64,000 nucleotides of DNA, taken from the NCBI GenBank assembly GCA_951406725.2, contig OX597815.1, positions 2,728,001-2,792,000 of the forward strand, written 5' to 3'. Each line of letters starts with the position of its first letter. Within the stretch, counting starts at the first letter, position 1. The position numbers and the translations under genes were made by a program. The DNA is from Octopus vulgaris (lineage: Eukaryota). The notes beneath the pieces were generated by a model. It did no database searches and was not told the origin of the DNA. It saw only the letters and a list, made by a program, of their open reading frames with translations. Positions 12,641 through 25,095 of the stretch are shown one piece after another.

Positions 12641-13127
12641 ATTACATCTAAAGGACAGCATGTCTGTGTCAAATTCTGCAGGGAACATTACATATCCAAG
12701 TTGAATTAAACACCAGAGATGCATTGCCCCAGGCACAAAGTGCAGGGGCTAATCAGCAACATTGCAAGCTCTTTCTCCCATGGTGACTAAAACTGTAGAA
12801 ATGTTGGACACCCTTCGGTATTATCAACAGATAATGTTTAGCGGTATTTCATCTGCCGTTACGTTGTGAGTTCAAATTCCGCCAAGGTCGACTTTGCCTT
12901 TCATCCTTTCGGGGGTTGATTAAATAAGTACCAGTTACGCACTAGGGTCGATGTAATCGACTTAATACCTATGTCCTTGTTTGTCCCCTCTGTGTTTAGC
13001 CCCTTGTGGGTAATATAGAAATAGGTATTGTCAACAGATACCTTTGGGTCACAAGCATTTTGCCTCTTAGCTTGAACGTCTCACATGAGATGGGCAGTGA
13101 GGAGTGGATTAGCCTGTGCTTGTAGAG

Positions 13128-13460
13128 GGGCCCCAAGACATGTAGTGAGTGATAAAAATCAAACATCCAATCAACATCATGGTGTTTGGAGTGATCACTA
13201 GTGATGGCAACGTTATGCCACCATTCATCGTCCCCACATGACCTCACGCTCAACATGGAGGCCTACATTAAGTGACTGGAGGAGGTAGTGCTGCCCTGGG
13301 GCAAGAAGGTGGCTGCTGGAAGACCCTATGTCTGGCAACAAGACTCTGCATCATGCCACACAAGCAGGAGAGCCCAGTCAAGGCAGTCATATAATTTCTG
13401 CGACCACATCCCGCGTAACTCCTCAGACTGCAACCCCTTGATCATCCTGTGTGGAGTGCA
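13128..13460 (+). pseudogene. Decayed Tc1/mariner-superfamily transposase fragment (maT/DD37D-like catalytic region)
   Basis: KHPINIMVFGVITSDGNVMPPFI from 13161, a +1 frameshift near 13233, stop TGA at 13273, then LEEVVLPWGKKVAAGRPYVWQQDSASCHTS...NSSDCNPL (WQQD / SPDxNPLD motifs). Confidence 0.85.
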
Positions 13461-13781
13461 GGGATTCAAGAAACTGTGTAGTAGGGGCCCGTTACAGCTG
13501 AAATTAATCTTTAGAAGTTTGTAGGTAAATATATGAATTACAATCAATTGGTTTTTAAAGCAAAGCGAAGATGCCGGGTTTCCAACTTCTGTGCGTCTTT
13601 TAGTGGCAGAGAGAGAATTTAAAGACCGAGAGGGGCCATGGGGACAACATTGCATTCGGTTGTTTGTTAGTATCTACCATCATATCTAACTATTTCCCTC
13701 AATACCTACTTACCTGGCTTCCTACCTTTCTCTTTCTACCTTTCTTCTATCTCCCTGTCTTCCCTATCTCTTTCCTTCATC

Positions 13782-13812
<31 letters not shown>

Positions 13813-14403
13813 TATTTCTCTCACTATCTCTTTCCTTCATCCTCACTCTCTCTCTCTCTCTCACTCCCTATTTCTCTCACTATCTTTCTCTCCCCTATTT
13901 CTCTTTCCCTATCCCTTCCTCTTTCCCTCTCCCTATTTCTCACTCTTTCCTTCACACACACACACACACTCACAAAACGGACAAGTAAACAAAAACCAAA
14001 AAACCAAGAACAAAGCGCCATTATTTATCCCAGATGATGTATTCCCCACAGAAATTCTTCAGATTACAAGCCATTACCCTCCTCAGTGCAATGTATGTAT
14101 TTAAGAAACACGAAATAAATATTTGTTATTCGGGGCAATGGGAAGGGGGGCACAGCACCATAGTTACAAAACAACAACACCACCAGTTCTATATATATTC
14201 ATCTTTAATACCCAACATTTTTCGCAGTTTTTCTTTGGGTACTTTTTTTCTTTCTTTTGTTTTGTTTCAAATTGTTTTCATTCTTTTCTTTTATATTTCT
14301 ACCTAGCAGCATTCCAGTTCCGATGCTGAACCCTAAAGGTGTAGGAATCTCTAAACATTAACTTCCAACAGTGTTTAGAAACAAAACAAAACAAGAAAAA
14401 TAT

Positions 14404-14449
<46 letters not shown>

Positions 14450-14479
14450 GCAATTTCTTTTTCACTGGGCACACAGCCA

Positions 14480-14515
<36 letters not shown>

Positions 14516-15039
14516 AGCAAAGAGGTAAAAGTCAGTTGAATCAACCACCAACCTTGGAAGGGTTCAAACTCAAAATGCAGAAGTTTGCTTCCCAACCACG
14601 TGGTTCTAGGTTCAGTCTCAATGCATGGCACCTTGGGAAATCAAAGCCTTGTGAGTGAATTTAGTAAATGGAAACTGAAAGAAGCTCATGTGTGCACGTG
14701 TGTGTCTGCATCTGTGTTTGTTTCCCACCACTGCTTGACAACCCATGCTGGTTTGTTTATATCCCTGTAATACAGCAGTGACAAAAAAAAAAACCGATAG
14801 GACTAAGTACCAGGCTTAAAACAAAAAAAAAAAACAAAAAAACTGGGGCCGATTCATACCCTCAGTATAGTAGGAAGGATTTTAGTCAATTGAATAAATG
14901 CCACATGTATTACTGGTACTTATTTTACTGGCCCTGGGTAGAATGAATGGCAGAGTTGCTCATAGCAAGAACTGAACTCTGAACATGGAGCAGCTAACTG
15001 CAACACAAGCAATAATTACAAATAACTAATTAATACAGG

Positions 15040-15601
15040 TAAAAAGCACCATTTGAGCGTCGTCGTTGCCAGTGCCGCCTGACTAGCTCCTGTGCCAGTG
15101 CCGCCTGACTGGCTTCCGTGCCAGTGGCACATAAAATGTACCATTTGAGCATGGTTGTTGCCAGTGCCGCCTGACTGGCATGGTCGATGCTAGTGTCAGT
15201 CGACTGGCTTCCATACTGGAGACATGTAAAAAGCACCATTCAAGCATGGTTGTTGCCAGTGCCACATGACTGGCCCCTTTGCTGGTGGCATGTAAAAAGC
15301 ACAATTCAAGCATGGTCGACGCTAGTGGCACATGAAAAGCACCATTTGAGCATGGTCGATGCCAGTGCCACCTGACAGGCTCCCATGCTGGTGGTACATA
15401 AAAGCACCATTCAAGCATGTTTGATACCAGTACAACCTGACTGGCCCTTGGAGTGGTTGGCGTTAGGAAGGGCATCCATCTGTAGAAACCTTGCCAGATC
15501 AGACTGGAGCCTGGTGCAGCCTCCTGGCTTGCCACTCCTCAGTCAAACTGTCCAACCCATTCCAGCATGGAAAATGGACGTTAAATGACGATGATGATGA
15601 T
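15040..15601 (+). mobile_element. Family C copy with amplified internal subrepeats
   Basis: Repeated AAAAGCACCATT(T/C)(G/A)AGCATGGT...GCCAGTGCC blocks before the (GAT)n tail. Confidence 0.85.
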
Positions 15602-15839
15602 GCTCAGAACAGGTATACACTAACTACAGGTAGCTAATTAATATACGTATACACGAAAGTATATATATAGTAATAGTTGAAGACAACTAATTAATAAAGA
15701 GTCACAGAACATGAACACAGTAATTGCAGATAGCTAATTAATAACGAAATACTGTAAGCTTTTGTAGGGAGCATTCTGTTGATTTTGCCCTTTACAGTTT
15801 TCACCTATCACACACACACACACACACACAAATATGGAT

Positions 15840-16085
15840 AGAACAGAAGATGGAGGGAGAGAAAAAGAGGAGTGGGAGAGAAAAGAGAGAGAGAGGTAGA
15901 GAGAAGTAGAGAGAGGAAAGAGACAGAGAGAGAGGTAGAGAGACATAGAGATAGAGATGGAGAGATAGAGAGAGGTAGAGAGAAGTAGAGAGAGGAAAGA
16001 GACAGAGAGAGAGGTAGAGAGATAGAGATGAAGAGATAGAGAGAGGTAGAGAGAAGTAGAGAGAGGAAAGAGACAGAGAGAGAGG

Positions 16086-16121
<36 letters not shown>

Positions 16122-16714
16122 TTGAGAGAGAGATAGAGAGAGAGAGATAGAGAGAGAGAGGGAGAGGTAGAGAGAGAGAGGTAGAGAAAGAAAGAGAGGT
16201 AGAGAGAGAGAGATAGGGAGAGCATGCAATTACCGTACAACACCAATAGCTTTCCCCAATACTTTGTGAACGGAATGCAACGTACAGTGTGTGGGGTGGG
16301 GGTCACTCAGCCTGCAAAGGGTTTGCCAAAAGAGACCAATGGGATCAAGACTAGACTTAAGAATGAGTCCTGGGGTAGATCTGTACGACCTAACTCTGCA
16401 AGGTGGTGCCCCAGCATGGCCACAGCCCAGTCACTGAAACAACTATCAAAAAAGATGCATAAGAAACAGGAATATACACATGTATGTGAGAGGGGGGAGA
16501 GAGAGAGGGGGAGGAGAAAAAAGGGAAAAAGAGAAAGAGAAGGGGGTGAGAAAAAAGGGGAAAAGAGAGAAAAAGAGAGAGAGAGGGGAGAAAGAGAAAA
16601 AATAGAAAAAGAGAGAGAAAGAGAGAGGGGAGAAAGAGAGAAAAAAGAGAAAAAGAAAAAGAGAAAAAGAGAGAGAAAGAGAGAGGAGAGAAAGAGAAAA
16701 AGAGAAAAAGAAAA

Positions 16715-16748
<34 letters not shown>

Positions 16749-16750
16749 AA

Positions 16751-16783
<33 letters not shown>

Positions 16784-16990
16784 GAGAATGAGACAGGCAG
16801 AGAGAAACAGGGAGAGAGAAAAAAGGACAGAGAGAGAGAGAGAGAGAGGAAGAGACAGAGAGAAAGAGAAAGAGGGACAAAGAGAGAGAAAGAGAGACAG
16901 AGAGAAAGAAAGAGAAAGAGAGAGAAAGAGCGAGAGAGACAGAGAGAGTGTTTAAGATTATCATAGAATCAGAGAGAGAGAGAGAGCAGA
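15840..16990. repeat. GA-rich purine low-complexity tracts (15840-16220 and 16490-16990)
   Basis: (GA)n/GAAA/GATA runs with higher-order duplications. Confidence 0.95.
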
Positions 16991-17344
16991 CAAATGTAGA
17001 AAAATAATAAAAGAAAGTGATTATCATGGTTTTGAGAAGTTCTTTAATTTGAAGATAAGAGACGGAGGCTGGAGATAACAATTAGCACAGGTTTGGGAGG
17101 AGGAGGGGCGATTGACGGAATGGAAATCCTGAAGACAACAACAACAACAGCAGCAACAACACTGTGTGTGTGTGTGTGTTTAGGAAAATAAACAAAAACT
17201 CAGAACTTATCAAAGATTTAAGATAAAGTGGAATCTAAGGAGATATCTGTGTTGATTAAAATTCCTTAACGATATATAATTGAAAGCTTGGAGGGGCAGA
17301 GAGAGGTGGAGGGGCAGAGGGTGTGGAAGATAAATGCAGACAAG

Positions 17345-17710
17345 GCAGCTTGGTAAGAAGTTTGTTCCCCAACCACATGGTTCTGGGTTCAGTCCCACTG
17401 TGTGATGCCTTCGGCAATTGTCTTCTACTAAAACCTTGGGCTGACCAAAAGCTTTGTGAAGGGATTTGGTAGACAGAGACTGAAATAGTTCTCTGTGTGT
17501 GTCTTTGTGTCTGTCCCTACCACTGTTTGACAACCAGTGTTGGTGTGTTTACAGCCCTGTAACCTAGTGGTTCAGCTAAGGAGATTGATTGAATAAGTAA
17601 CAGACTTAAAAGAAAAGAAAAGTAATGGGGGTTGATTTGTTTCATCAAAATTTTTCAAGGCAATGCTCCAGCATGGCTGCAGTCTGAGGACTGAAATAAG
17701 CAAAAGATAT
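17345..17710 (+). mobile_element. SINE family A (diverged)
   Basis: Same head, body and tail blocks as the other family A copies. Confidence 0.75.
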
Positions 17711-17867
17711 AAAGATATCCATATTGCATGCATACACAAACACACCCCATATAAACATAACCACATATATCTACATGCACACAAAAGGCATAACATATTT
17801 ATATATATTTAAAGTGTTTTTAGTTATATTTATCATTCATTTTCATACATTTTAAATATATATATAT

Positions 17868-17902
<35 letters not shown>

Positions 17903-17908
<6 letters not shown>

Positions 17909-17981
17909 ACAGAATGGTCATTTTGCCAGTTTAGCCAACATTGGTTAAACTGGCAAAATGACCATTCCAAATATAACAATA
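17903..17981. other. Near-perfect inverted repeat (27-bp arms, 2-nt loop)
   Basis: GAATGGTCATTTTGCCAGTTTAGCCAA-CA-TTGGTTAAACTGGCAAAATGACCATTC (17912-17967), extended by TATTGTTA/TAACAATA. Confidence 0.9.
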
Positions 17982-18454
17982 TCTGTTTCAACACACGACT
18001 TCACATAAAAAATCTTGCACAATATAATAAATATATATATATATATTATATTAATTATATATATTATTTGTTATTTATGTATTGGTTTATGTCTATCACT
18101 GTTTGAGTTGCATAATAGTGGTTTTATCTCTAATTTATATTTTGTATATATATATATATATATATTATATCATATCGTTTAACGTCCGCTTTCCATGCTA
18201 GCATGGGTTGGACGGTTCAACTGGGGTCTGGCAAGCCTGAAGGCTGCACCAGGCCAGTCAGATCTGGCAGTGTTTCTACAGCTGGATGCCCTTCCTAACG
18301 CCAACCACTCCGAGAGTGTAGTGGGTGATTTTATGTGCCACCGACACAGGTGCCAGACGAGGCTGGCAGACGGTCACGCTCGGATGATGTTTTTATGTGC
18401 CACCGACACAGGTGCCAGACGAGGCTGGCAGATTATATATATATATATATATAT

Positions 18455-18805
18455 AATAAAATAATGAAATTATTGTATACAGTGCTCAGGTGTGCCACAA
18501 CTTGTCAAAAGTGTGTATAAAGTATATGCAGTAATGTACAAATGTCTGGGAAGTGAACAGTGTATGAGTCAGATCCATGCTTGCGTGTGTATGGAGGGGA
18601 GAAAGATCAGGTGTAGTGTTGGCGAATCTCAGAAAGATTGGAAGTTTTGAAGGATGCAGTGCTCCGACAACTGATGCCGGCAGTTTGATCCATGTTTCAG
18701 CAACTTTTAGCGTGAAAAAATGTTTCTGAAAGTCATGGGAGCTGTGCTGTTTTCTGACTTTGTAAACATGTCCACGGGTGTGAGACGGGTGGAGTTTGAA
18801 ACACA
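18455..18805 (-). mobile_element. CR1/L2-type LINE 3' fragment
   Basis: TRGHVYKVRKQHSSHDFQKHFFTLKVAETWIKLPASVV matches the CR1-clade C-terminal TRGH...FF..RV...WN.LP..VV motif. Confidence 0.8.
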
Positions 18806-18909
18806 CACCTGTTTATTTTATGAAAAACTGAGAATCTGCTCTGACTGTTTATGACAGTCATCAACAGCCCAGCTCTGGCTTTTGATATAATAAATGGACC
18901 TACTTACCT

Positions 18910-19310
18910 ACTCTACCCAAGGTACTCCTTTGGTGCCAGGATACTTTGAAGGATTATGATTTACCATTGGCTGAATTTCTTACCCAATCAGTGACTCTGC
19001 TCAGAAACTGGGGTGTGTCCTGTTAATTGAACGATTCAGGAAGGTCAGCTCAGACCGCTTGGCCATGTTGCTTGATTTTCCAAGTTAGACCCTACTGACC
19101 GGATTCTCTTCACTGAGGATCTGGGCTGGGTTGATGGTTTGTGCTGGTTGACCACATGTCACCTGGTCAGGGCAGATGAAGAGGTATCTTAGAGGGATAT
19201 GGAGTGACTAGGACTCTGCTCAACAGTGCACCCAGGAATATACCCACAAATGAAGGATGCAGCAACGTGCTGCAATGGTGCATGACCCCACATCTGACCT
19301 CACCTACTCA
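18910..19310 (+). mobile_element. Old RTE-like LINE 3' fragment
   Basis: QLRPLGHVA*FSKLDPTDRIL near 19045-19110 resembles the RQLRxxGHVAR...DP motif; heavily decayed. Confidence 0.5.
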
Positions 19311-19722
19311 ATGTACCATGTTCTACATCAGACAATATATTATCAATATACTTAACTTCGATTGTAGAGTGACCTGCTGTTCTTGAGGTGAGGCCTACTG
19401 AGTCAAATACATCACCAGCATCAAAATAAAAAATCAAATGGAAATTGTAGTTAAGATACCTGTGCCAGTGACACATAAAAATCACCGTCCGAACATGGAA
19501 GATGCCAGTGCCACCTGACTGGCATTCATGTTGGTGACTCGTAAAAGCACTCACTACATTCACGGAGTGGTTGGCGTTAGGAAGGGCATCCAGCTGTAGA
19601 AACTCTGCCAGAGCAGATTGGAGCCTGGTGCAGCCTCCTAGTTTCCCAGACCCCGGTAGAACAGTCCAACCCATGCTAGCATGGAAAACGGACATTAAAC
19701 GAAGATGATGATGATGATGATA

Positions 19723-19778
<56 letters not shown>

Positions 19779-19787
19779 TATATACCC

Positions 19788-20954
19788 AAGGTGGTATCAA
19801 AAAGTTCCCAGACTAGTTATGTTCAATAAACAACTTATTTGCCTATGTTTTAACATCATCTCCTATGAAATAGCCATCATGTGTAGCAATACACTGGTCC
19901 CAGAGTTCCTGCCACTTTTGGAATCTGGCCCGGAAATTGTTTTTTGTGAGTCGAGGACCTTCTGCAATTCATCCTGGATCTTGAAAACAGTGTTAAAACG
20001 GCAACCTTTGACCTGCATTTTAGTCTAGTGGAGGAGATGGAGGCCCACGGGTGCTAAACCTAGTGAATAAGATGCATGAAAAAGTGACGATATGTCGTTT
20101 TTGGTGAGAAGCTCCTGTGTGAGGAGAGCTCAGTGAGAGGCTGTATGGTGATGAAGAATCCAATTCTTTGCACTCCACACATTCGGACGCTTTCGCTGAA
20201 TGTCTTCCTTCAAACACTTCAAAATGCTGCAGCAGAACTCTCAATTGATAGTCTGGGGGAGGAATTGATGGTCTTGCCCAGGGGAACAAATTGATGGTCT
20301 GGCCTTGGGGGAGGAATTGATGGTTTGGCCCTGGAGGATGAATTGATGGTCTGGCCCTGGGGGACGAATTGATGGTCTGGCCCTGGGGGACGAATTGATG
20401 GTCTGGCCCTGGGGGGATGAATTGATGGTCTGGCCCTGGGGGGACAAATTGATGGTCTGGCCTTGGGGGATGAATTGATGGTCTGGCCCAGGGGAACAAA
20501 TTGATGGTCTGGCCTTGAGGGAGGAATTGATGGTCTGGCCCTGGAGGACGAATTGATGGTCTGGCCCTGGGGGATGAATTGATGGTCTGGCCCTGGGGGA
20601 GGAATTCATGGTCTGGCCCTGGGGGGACAAATTGATGGTCTGGCCCTGGGGGAGGAATTGATGGTCTGGCTCTGGGGGAGGAATTGATGGTCTGGCCCTG
20701 GGGGACAAATTGATGGTCTGGCCCTGGGGGAGGAATTGATGGTCTGGCCCTGGGGGACGAATTGATGGTCTGGCCCTGGGGGACGAATTGATGGTCCATG
20801 ACAAAATCGCAGGCTATAGCATCCATGTGATAAAAAAAACAAATTTCACAAAAACACAGCAATGTCACAGTGCACTTTCTCATGAGGGTCACGGCTAGCT
20901 CTCACTCTGCATCCAACCATGTGCTGCCATCTGTTGGCACACTATAGAACTAGT
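19788..20954 (-). mobile_element. Internally deleted mariner element with a dead transposase C-terminal half
   Basis: Minus strand translates HQFVPQGQTIN...ILKCLKEDIQRKRPNVWSAKNWILHH..SH*...HASYSLGLAP...*TKMQVKGCRFNT. TIR-like GGTGGTATCAAAAAGTTCCCAGACTAGTT at the left end; only AACTAGT remains at the right end. Confidence 0.85.
20243..20796. repeat. 26/27-bp minisatellite (~21 units, GAATTGATGGTCTGGCCCTGGGGGAC)
   Basis: AATTGAT recurs every 26-27 bp (20263, 20289, 20315 ... 20786). Confidence 0.95.
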
Positions 20955-21003
20955 ATGTATGCATGTGTGTATGTTTGTGTATATATATATATATATATAT
21001 ATA

Positions 21004-21695
21004 TCATCATCATCATCATTTAACGTCCGCTTTCCATGCTAGCATGGGTTGGACGGTTCAACTGGGGTCAGGGGAGCCCGAAAGCTGCACCAGTCCAGTC
21101 AGATCTGGCAGTGTTTCTACAGCTGGATGTCCTTCCTAACGCCAACTACTCCGAGAGTGTAGTGGGTGATTTTATGTGCCACCGACACAGGTGCCAGACG
21201 AGGCTGGCAAACGGCCACGCTCGGATGGTGTTTTTTATGTGCCACCGACACAGATGGTGTTTTTTATGTGCCACCGACACAGGTGCCAGACGGCCACGCT
21301 CGGATGGTGTTTTTATGTGCCACCGACACAGGTGCCAGATGAGGCTGGCAAACGGCCACGATCGGATGGTGTTTGTTACGTGCCCACAGCACGGAGGCCA
21401 GTCGATGCGGTACTGGCTACGGCCACGTTCGGATGGTTTCTTGTGTGCCACGTGCCACTGGTACCACAAAGATACAAATTCCATTGATGTTCATCTATTT
21501 TGATTTGTTTTGATTTTCACTTGCCTCAACAGGTCTTCGGTCTTCACAAGTGTCACAAGAAGGAAGGTATGCACAGGTGGACTGACTACGTCCCAGGTAG
21601 GGGCCACAGGTTATGGCCTGACTAGTCTTGCCGGGTCTTCGGATGGTGTTATGTGCCACCGATACAGGTGCCAGATGAGGCTGGCGAACGGCCAC
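21004..21695 (-). mobile_element. Family C copy with internal subrepeats
   Basis: TTTATGTGCCACCGACACAGGTGCCAGA repeated about 5 times. Confidence 0.85.
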
Positions 21696-21944
21696 GAATA
21701 TATATATATATATATTAATAGTAATGGTATGACAACAAAAGAATGAATGAGACCTCAATATTAGGTAAATAAAGGAATTTATCTCTAATATAAAATGTGA
21801 CAATTATTCGGTTGCCATAATAAAACTCCAAATTTCGAATGTCAGGGCAGAAATCTGCTCCAGCATCTCATCAGCTACTAAGACAATCAAAGAAATTTTT
21901 GAAACCGAATAATTGTCACATATTATATATATATATATATACGT

Positions 21945-22245
21945 GGAGGCGCAATGGCCCAGTGGTTAGGGCAGCGGACTCGTAGTCATAGGATCACGGT
22001 TTTGATTCCCAGTCCGGGTGTTGTGAGTGTTTATTGAGCGAAAACACCAAAAGCTCCACGAGGCTCCAGCAGGGGGTGGTGGCGATCTCTGCTGTATTCT
22101 TTTGCCACAACTTTCTCTCACTCTTTCTTCTGTTGGCCTGCTCGTTTAGCCAGCGTGGTGGCATCATTTGAAGGCTAAAACAATGCAAAGTGACCAGCGA
22201 TGTGTAACAACATCTGATAGCATGGTTGGTCACGGTGATCACGGT
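21945..22245 (+). mobile_element. tRNA-headed SINE (family D)
   Basis: TGGCCCAGTGG A box, GGTTTTGATTCCC B box, non-tRNA body, TA flanks. Confidence 0.7.
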
Positions 22246-22492
22246 AATATATATATATATACACAAATATACATACCATCTCATATGAATGTATTTATAA
22301 TATATATATAAAGAAAGAGATGAATAAGGGAAAATAGATTGAATGAGATTCTTTATAACATTACAATTGTTTATACACATTGGTACACCCAGAGTACATT
22401 GATGAGAAGATATAATTTCTAATGGGTTTCTTCGGGTATTTTGAGTAAGTCTAACTGTCATTTCACTCTATGAATACACATATTTATACACA

Positions 22493-22888
22493 TACGCAGG
22501 AGTGGCTGTGTGGTAAGTAGCTTGCTTACCAACCACATGGTTCCGGGTTCAGTCCCACTGCGTGGCACCTTGGGCAAGTGTCTTCTACTATAGCCTCGGG
22601 CTGACCAAAGCCTTGCGAGTGGATTTGGTAGACAGAAACTGAAAGAAGCCTGTCATGTATATGTATATGTGTGTGTGTGTGTTTGTGTGTGTCCACCCCC
22701 CACCCCCCAACATCGCTTGACAACCGATGCTGGTGTGTTTATGTCCCTATAACTTAGTGGTTTGGCAAAAGTGGCCGATAGAATAAGTACTAGGCTTACA
22801 AAGAATAAATCCTGGGGTCAATTTCCTTGACTAAAGGCGGTGCTCCAGCATGGACGCAGTCAAATGACTGAAACAAGTGAAAGAGTAA
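22493..22888 (+). mobile_element. SINE family A
   Basis: GCAGGAGTGGCTGTGTGGTAAG...GGTTCAGTCCC...CAAATGACTGAAACAAG. Confidence 0.9.
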
Positions 22889-24710
22889 TACACAATTTTG
22901 ATTCTTGCTGATCACTCCATACATGACAATCCATCATCAATTGACAGATATCAGACTGCATTAGCAAATAATTACTGAACTTATAAACAAGAGCCACAAT
23001 TCATTAGTCGAGGCTGCCTCTAACTGAGGTGACACAATGATGTAGAAACACCAGTGTCTCAAAGTCACCCTATACTAATGAATTGAGAATGTTAAGAACA
23101 CACATTTATCAGAAAGGAGAAGTTGATCTCCAATGACAAAATACAACAGCGATTAGCATTTAACATTCAAGTTTGCCAGAACATACCAAACATAAACATG
23201 CAATCCATCATTTTGTTTTTCGCTATTCTTTATGGCACATGACAATTTATTTAGAAAATTAGGTTGTTCAGAATTGAATTTATATGGCACTCCCAGATTT
23301 TAGTGCCTCAGGCAGTTATCGAGTGTGCTCGGTGAGAAGTTCTGGCCCAGTCACTGAGTCATCAAAAGCAGGAAGTTTTTGCTAAAACATCAATTGGTTT
23401 AGCTTTGCTATCACTTAATGAAACTAAAGAACATTGGGCTGATGTACTGCGCAACGGATGTGAACCTGTGACCCCTCTAAATTGACAACTTTGATATTTT
23501 AAGTTTGCTGGTATGATGACTGTTTCAACAGATGCTGGTAATAAATGTTTTCAACATGCAACTAAACTTTTCCCGTCCAATTAAGTAACAATTAATGTCA
23601 TCAAATTAAGAATAAAAAAAAATCTAAGAACCACCTGATAATTAAGGACAATTCTGAGAATACAGGATTTCTTTAAATGTCAAAAACTGTAAATCATCAA
23701 CATGGTAATCACTTTCATGTTGCCCGATGCCAGCGCTGCCTTGACTGGCTTCCGTGTTGGTGGCATGTAAAAACCACCAACCGATCATGGCCATTTCCAG
23801 CCTCCCCTGGCACTTGTGCTCGTGGCATGTAAAAAACACCTTCCGTACGTGGTCGATGCCAGTGCCACTTTGACTGGCTTCCATACCGGTGGCACGTAAA
23901 AAGCACCAACCGATCGTCGACGTGGCACCTGTGCTGGTGGCACATAAAAAGCACCCACTACACTCTCGAAGTAGTTGGCGTTAGGAAGGGCATCCAGCTG
24001 TAGAAACTCTACCAGATCAGAATGGAGCCTGGTGCAGCCTCCTGGCTTCCCAGACCCCGGTCGAACAGTCCAACCCTTGCTAGCATGGCAAACGGACGTT
24101 AAACGATGATGATGATGTTTCTAGGCTTGCAGGGGTCACATGGAATTTGCTGAAGTAGATTTTCTACAGCCGGATGCCCTTCCTGTTGCCAACCTTCACC
24201 TGTTTCCATGATAGGGTAATATTTCCCCTTTGCTGGGCATGTTTTCATAGAAGATTGGAAACAAAGGACACCGCCTGTAAAACAGTGATGCTCATTTATA
24301 ACAATCATGCCATGCCAAGACTAGGAGACACAAACAAATGCACAAACACACACACACACACACACATGATAGGCTTCTTTTAGTTTCCATCAACCAAATC
24401 CACTCATGGTGTTTTGCTCAGCCAAGGGCGATAGTAGAAGACACTTGCCTAAGGTGCCATGCAGTGGGATTGAACCAGAAACGGAATGGTTGGGAAGAGG
24501 ACTTCTGAAGCACACAACCATGCCTGTGCCTTTGTTTATCAGCCATTAAAATGACTCAGGGTGGAAATTAAAAGGAAAAGAGTGAAATTAATAAAAGGAA
24601 CACAAGACAGGAAATATTAGTCTCAAATTTTGTGATAAGGCTAGTAAATTCAGGGGTGGGGATAAAGTTGATTACATTGACCCCAGTATGCAACTGGTAT
24701 TATTTTATCA

Positions 24711-25095
24711 AAGGTGGCGAGCCGGTAGAAATGTTAGCACACCGGGCAAAATGATTTGCGGTATTTCGTCTGCCATTATGTTCTGAGTTCAAATTCTGCC
24801 AAGGTCAACTTTGCCTTTCATCCTTTCAGGGTCGATAAGTACCAGTTATGCACTGGGGTCGATATAGTCGACTTAATCCATTTGTCTGTCCTTGCTTGTC
24901 CCCTTGTGGGTAGTAAAGAAATAGGTATTTTGTCTGTCACTACGTTCTGAGTTCAAATTCCACCAAGGTCGACTTTGCCTTTCATCCTTTCAGGGTCGAT
25001 AAATTTAGTACCAGTTACGCACTGGTGTCGATATAATCGACTTAACCCGTTTGTCCTCTCTGTGTTTAGCCCCTTGTGGGTAGTAAAGAAATAGG
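24711..25095 (+). mobile_element. SINE family B, tandem dimer
   Basis: Tail AAAGAAATAGGTAT runs directly into a second body; flanks GGTATTATTTTATCAA. Confidence 0.85.

Noticed and set aside
14080-14310. miRNA-like seeds (CAGTGCAAT, TAGCAGCA)
   Set aside because: No flanking hairpin could be formed by eye, and such short matches are expected by chance.
15734-17081. Long RE/LS-rich ORFs (also 30.4-31.2, 32.3-33.1, 27.6-28.3, 49.3-49.8 and 57.7-58.5 kb)
   Set aside because: Microsatellite translations that lack stops because of their composition.
20020-20892. 290-aa Pro/Gln-rich ORF as a host gene
   Set aside because: It arises from a 26-bp minisatellite inside a dead mariner element.
21945-22020. 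tRNA gene (also SINE heads at 52.9 kb and family A heads)
   Set aside because: A/B boxes are present, but there is no intact cloverleaf and each continues into a repeat body.
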